This document shows, one piece after another, positions 29,106-32,000 of a stretch of DNA of 32,000 nucleotides; the first letter of the stretch is position 1, and each line of letters starts with the position of its first letter. The stretch spans positions 1,440,001 to 1,472,000 of the forward strand of contig NC_008312.1 in the NCBI RefSeq assembly GCF_000014265.1, written 5' to 3'. The notes beneath the pieces were generated by a model that had not been told where the DNA came from, did no database searches, and was given only the letters and a program-made list of their open reading frames with translations. The position numbers were made by a program, and so were the translations under genes. This DNA is from Trichodesmium erythraeum IMS101. GTDB lineage: Bacteria > Cyanobacteriota > Cyanobacteriia > Cyanobacteriales > Microcoleaceae.

Positions 29106-30244
29106 CCAATTTCCTAAAGTCCGACTACACATAATGCTTCAAGAATAAAATCATATCCTGTACAAGAAGCAATATCTTTTTGACTAAATCCAGTTAATAT
29201 ATTTCTCAGGATTCTGCGTCAGAAATCTAAGGAATCGAAAACTCGATTTTTCAAGAATTTTTTCACCTCTTTCCACAGTCTTTCAATGGGATTAACTTCG
29301 GGACAATAAGGAGGTTGAAATAATAAAATGATGTGATCAGGGATAGATAAATCATTCCCTAGATGCCCTCGCCCGTTATCTAGTTGAATAATATGAATCT
29401 CTTCAGGATATGTTTGAGAAAAAAGCTCTAAAAATCTTTCAAAGCAAGGAGTATCTAGATGACTAAATTCATAAAAAAAGGAATCTCCTGTTTTTGGTTC
29501 TACTAAACCATAAAGCCATAGATATTTAAATAGCCATTGATATAAACCAATGGGCTTAACACCGCAAGCAGTAATGACTTTACCTGTTATAGTTTTTAAT
29601 CCAATTCTAGTCTCGTCTTGACACCAATAGCGAATTGGCAGTTGATTTTCCGAATATTTATTAATTAACTTAATTTTCTCTTCTAGTTGAGATGAGAGTT
29701 TTTTTTAAAGTTTTCTTGAGCTTCTTTATTTTGTTTTATGTGATTTGGACGTGGAACTTTTAATTTACTTTTTAATTTATATCTGACTAATTGATGAACT
29801 GTTCGATAAGACAGCTCGATGTCAAAACAAGTCGTTAACCACTGTTGAATTTCACCATAGCTTTGGAAACCTTCCGGGTTTTGCAATTCTGCTTCTAATT
29901 TCTCGATTACATTTGGTGGAATTGAACTTGGCCTCCCTCCTAGATTTTTCTTTGGTTCTAGTAAAAGATTCAGTCCACCTGTACGATATTTCCCTAACCA
30001 TTTTTGTACTGTGACTCGATTGCGTCCTAACATTATCGCAATTTCTTTTACTGTTTCTACTGTTTGAGTTTTCAACCAGTAAATAGTTTGAAGTCTTTCC
30101 TTTTCTTGAGCTGTACTCGCACTTTTTAAAAGTTTTTTGAGAGTTTCTACCGATTCATTTATCTCAATTTTTACTACTCCTGACATGGGGACATTTTCTA
30201 TAATAGGTTACTTCTAAAAGTGTAGCTTAAGTTTATGAAATTAG
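29106..30244 (-). mobile_element. IS630-family insertion sequence, 1139 bp, near-intact, flanked by a TA/TA target-site duplication
   Basis: Imperfect terminal inverted repeats (CCAATTTCCTAAAGTCCGACTACAC at 29106-29130 versus the reverse complement of GTGTAGCTTAAGTTTATGAAATTAG at 30220-30244). TA at 29104-29105 and at 30245-30246. Confidence 0.85.
29219..30186 (-). CDS. IS630 transposase, orfA (HTH, 30186-29683) joined to orfB (DDE) by a -1 frameshift in the A8 run (plus-strand T8 at 29699-29706). A TGA at 29219-29221 truncates the last ~34 codons
   Basis: After a -1 slip the frame reads KLSSQLEEKIKLINKYSENQLPIRYWCQDETRIGLKT...IHIIQLDNGRGH...LLFQPPYCPEVNPIERLWKEVKKFL, so the D, D and E signatures are present. 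Read through the TGA, the frame stays open to 29114. Confidence 0.7.
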
Positions 30245-31300
30245 TATAACATTTGCTATTTTCCATTTACCATTGTTAAATTCAAGAGTAAAGCGATAGG
30301 TTTTCTTCCCATCCCGACTAGCACTCTCATCAATAACTCCATCAATGTAAAGTGTTGGACTTTCGTAAACTCCCACATCAATTGTTGCTTGTTTTGCTGA
30401 TAATTGAAAATTGCCAACAAGCTCAACAACAGGTTTTTCATAAGTATAATATGCTCGATTTCTACTAAGCCAATTTATAGTCCTTCGAGTTTTTTCATAG
30501 TAAGCACCAGTTGTATATTTTGATAAAAGTTGACGATTAGGAGAAGGACCTAAGACTTCACCTTTGATTTCTAACCAAGACCGAATCGCTTTAAGAGCAG
30601 TTTCGGAGGTTAAAAGACTACTGTCAACAATTGAAAACCCCCTAAGAATAGGTGCATCATTGACAGGTTCAACTGTAATTTCCAAATTTTTTATATCTGT
30701 TTTACTCTTTAAAGCACCAATAGGCCAAACAAATTCTTGCTCGTTAATAAAATCTTGTTTACCAAAGTCTTGAACAAATATTTTTAGGCGATCGCTACCA
30801 AAAAAGTTAGCATTACTTTCATACACAATTCCATTGTTACTCTTAAGAGTGTTGTTAACTTGGCTAGGAGTACCACAGAAAGTTACTGTATTATCGCTGC
30901 TGTATTTAATCTTACGAAATGATACACCATTAAATACATTTTCATTAACAATTATTGTTCCATTGTCTGCACTCAATTTTAAACAAATGTTATCTCCGTC
31001 AGGATCTTTAACACTAATTCCTTTGATATTGAATTTTTGTCTTCTTTGGCAGTTTGGTTTTCTGGAACAGTAAGAATTGGAGGTTGATTAATGGAATTAA
31101 CGTTAACTATTCGATTAAGGGTATTACTACTTTTATTATCTCCATCACCATCAGTAATTTTGATTTCCAAGGTACGAGTACCATTTTTAGGATTATCTGA
31201 TATGTTTTGATAAACAATGTTTTTTACTGCGGTTTCAACAGCTTGAATGGTAGCATTAGAATTGAAAACAACTTTCAAAGGCTTAGTGCCAATGCCACCT
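30233..31300 (-). pseudogene. 3' fragment of a large cadherin/VCBS-like repeat surface protein with a C-terminal DUF4101 (ARC6/IMS-like) domain; frameshifted near 30977
   Basis: ITDGDGDNKSSNTLNRIVNVNSINQPPILTVPENQTAKED and ITVEPVNDAPIL are adhesin-repeat boundaries. ALKAIRSWLEIKGEVLGPSPNRQLLSKYTTGAYYEK...NGKWKIANV resembles DUF4101. No start codon or N-terminal part. The last 3 codons are supplied by the IS630 terminus. Confidence 0.55.
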
Positions 31301-31754
31301 GATTTTTAATAGTACGATTCAAACTCTACATCAAAAAAGATGATCCTATATATTGTCAACAAGGATCATTGAATAAGAATGAATAAACTACCCTCATTAT
31401 TAATGATTTTAGTTAACTATCAATTCTTAATATCCGAAAAAATTATTGCTTAAAAAGGATTAGCAAATTATCTGAATTTTCCCGCATAAAAATGAATTAA
31501 ATATTGACAAAATAGCTATTTTTATACAATAAATAGAGGTCAATTTTGTTTTAGTTTATGGGAAATATTTGATGAATTTGCAGAATAATTCATAGCCCTG
31601 TGCCTTCAAAAACGGCTGAATTATTACGACTCTGTAGAATATCTGCAAACCTTTTGATTTCAGATTTTTAGTTTTGCCTATCACAGCTCTAGGAATTTTT
31701 TATTGTTAGTTTTATTTAATACTTAAATAGCCTTTAGGTATATATATGAGTAGA

Positions 31755-32000
31755 TTAATTATATTCTATTTTATGAGAATAAATATCAATATTCATTAAA
31801 TCAATCTCTAGTTTAATAGAAAGATTAATAAGATTTTCTTTGCCATAACCACATGGTAAAATTTCGTTACTTTCTAGCTTATTTAGGATTAATAATAATT
31901 GTTTTTTGAGGGTTTTATCAGAACTAAATATTTTACTTAGTTGTCTAGCAATTGGTTCAATAATTAACTTATTTTGTCGTTCTTTAATAGAGGAGTTTTC
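31755..32000 (-). CDS. Hypothetical protein, C-terminal 81 codons (continues past the right edge)
   Basis: Absent from the track because it is edge-truncated. Hand translation ...ENSSIKERQNKLIIEPIARQLSKIFSSDKTLKKQLLLILNKLESNEILPCGYGKENLINLSIKLEIDLMNIDIYSHKIEYN, stop at 31755-31757. No family recognised. Confidence 0.45.
   Translation of the reverse strand, partial: ENSSIKERQNKLIIEPIARQLSKIFSSDKTLKKQLLLILNKLESNEILPCGYGKENLINLSIKLEIDLMNIDIYSHKIEYN

Overview
AT-rich cyanobacterial chromosomal DNA. At least a dozen copies of the HIP1 octamer GCGATCGC are visible by eye (e.g. 955-962, 1922-1929, 2357-2364, 7264-7271, 27374-27381), plus STRR-like CTGATAG/TTATCAG heptamer repeats. It probably comes from a filamentous, Nostocales-like lineage with an eroding genome. 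By my tally about 43% of the window is intact CDS, about 20% is IS debris and pseudogenes, and the rest is long AT-rich spacer. Apparently intact genes: a PEP-utilising enzyme (partial, left edge), ComF, a DUF1350 hydrolase-fold protein, a biliverdin-reductase-like oxidoreductase, three tandem plant-type ferredoxins, a SpoIID/LytB protein, an HTH + GrpE-like protein, a partner-switching set (STAS antagonist, REC-PP2C phosphatase, RsbW-like kinase), a 1010-aa transporter-HEAT fusion, infC, an alpha/beta hydrolase and an unassigned partial ORF at the right edge. Decayed or mobile DNA: two IS5-family relics, three IS630-type elements (one nearly intact, with TA target duplication and an A8 frameshift site), a DDE remnant, a dead fourth ferredoxin, a VanY-like peptidase pseudogene and an adhesin/DUF4101 gene fragment. 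I saw no tRNA, rRNA or CRISPR array and no recognisable defence system. The most interesting items are: (1) the ferredoxin array, whose copies share a promoter-like leader; (2) an 830-bp direct repeat, more than 99% identical, that carries the 3' end of the PP2C gene and brackets the partner-switching genes plus old IS debris; (3) several GC-richer structured islands and orphan terminators inside ORF-free gaps, which are candidate ncRNAs; (4) gene decay dominated by in-frame nonsense codons. All family assignments rest on motif recognition in hand translations; no searches were run.
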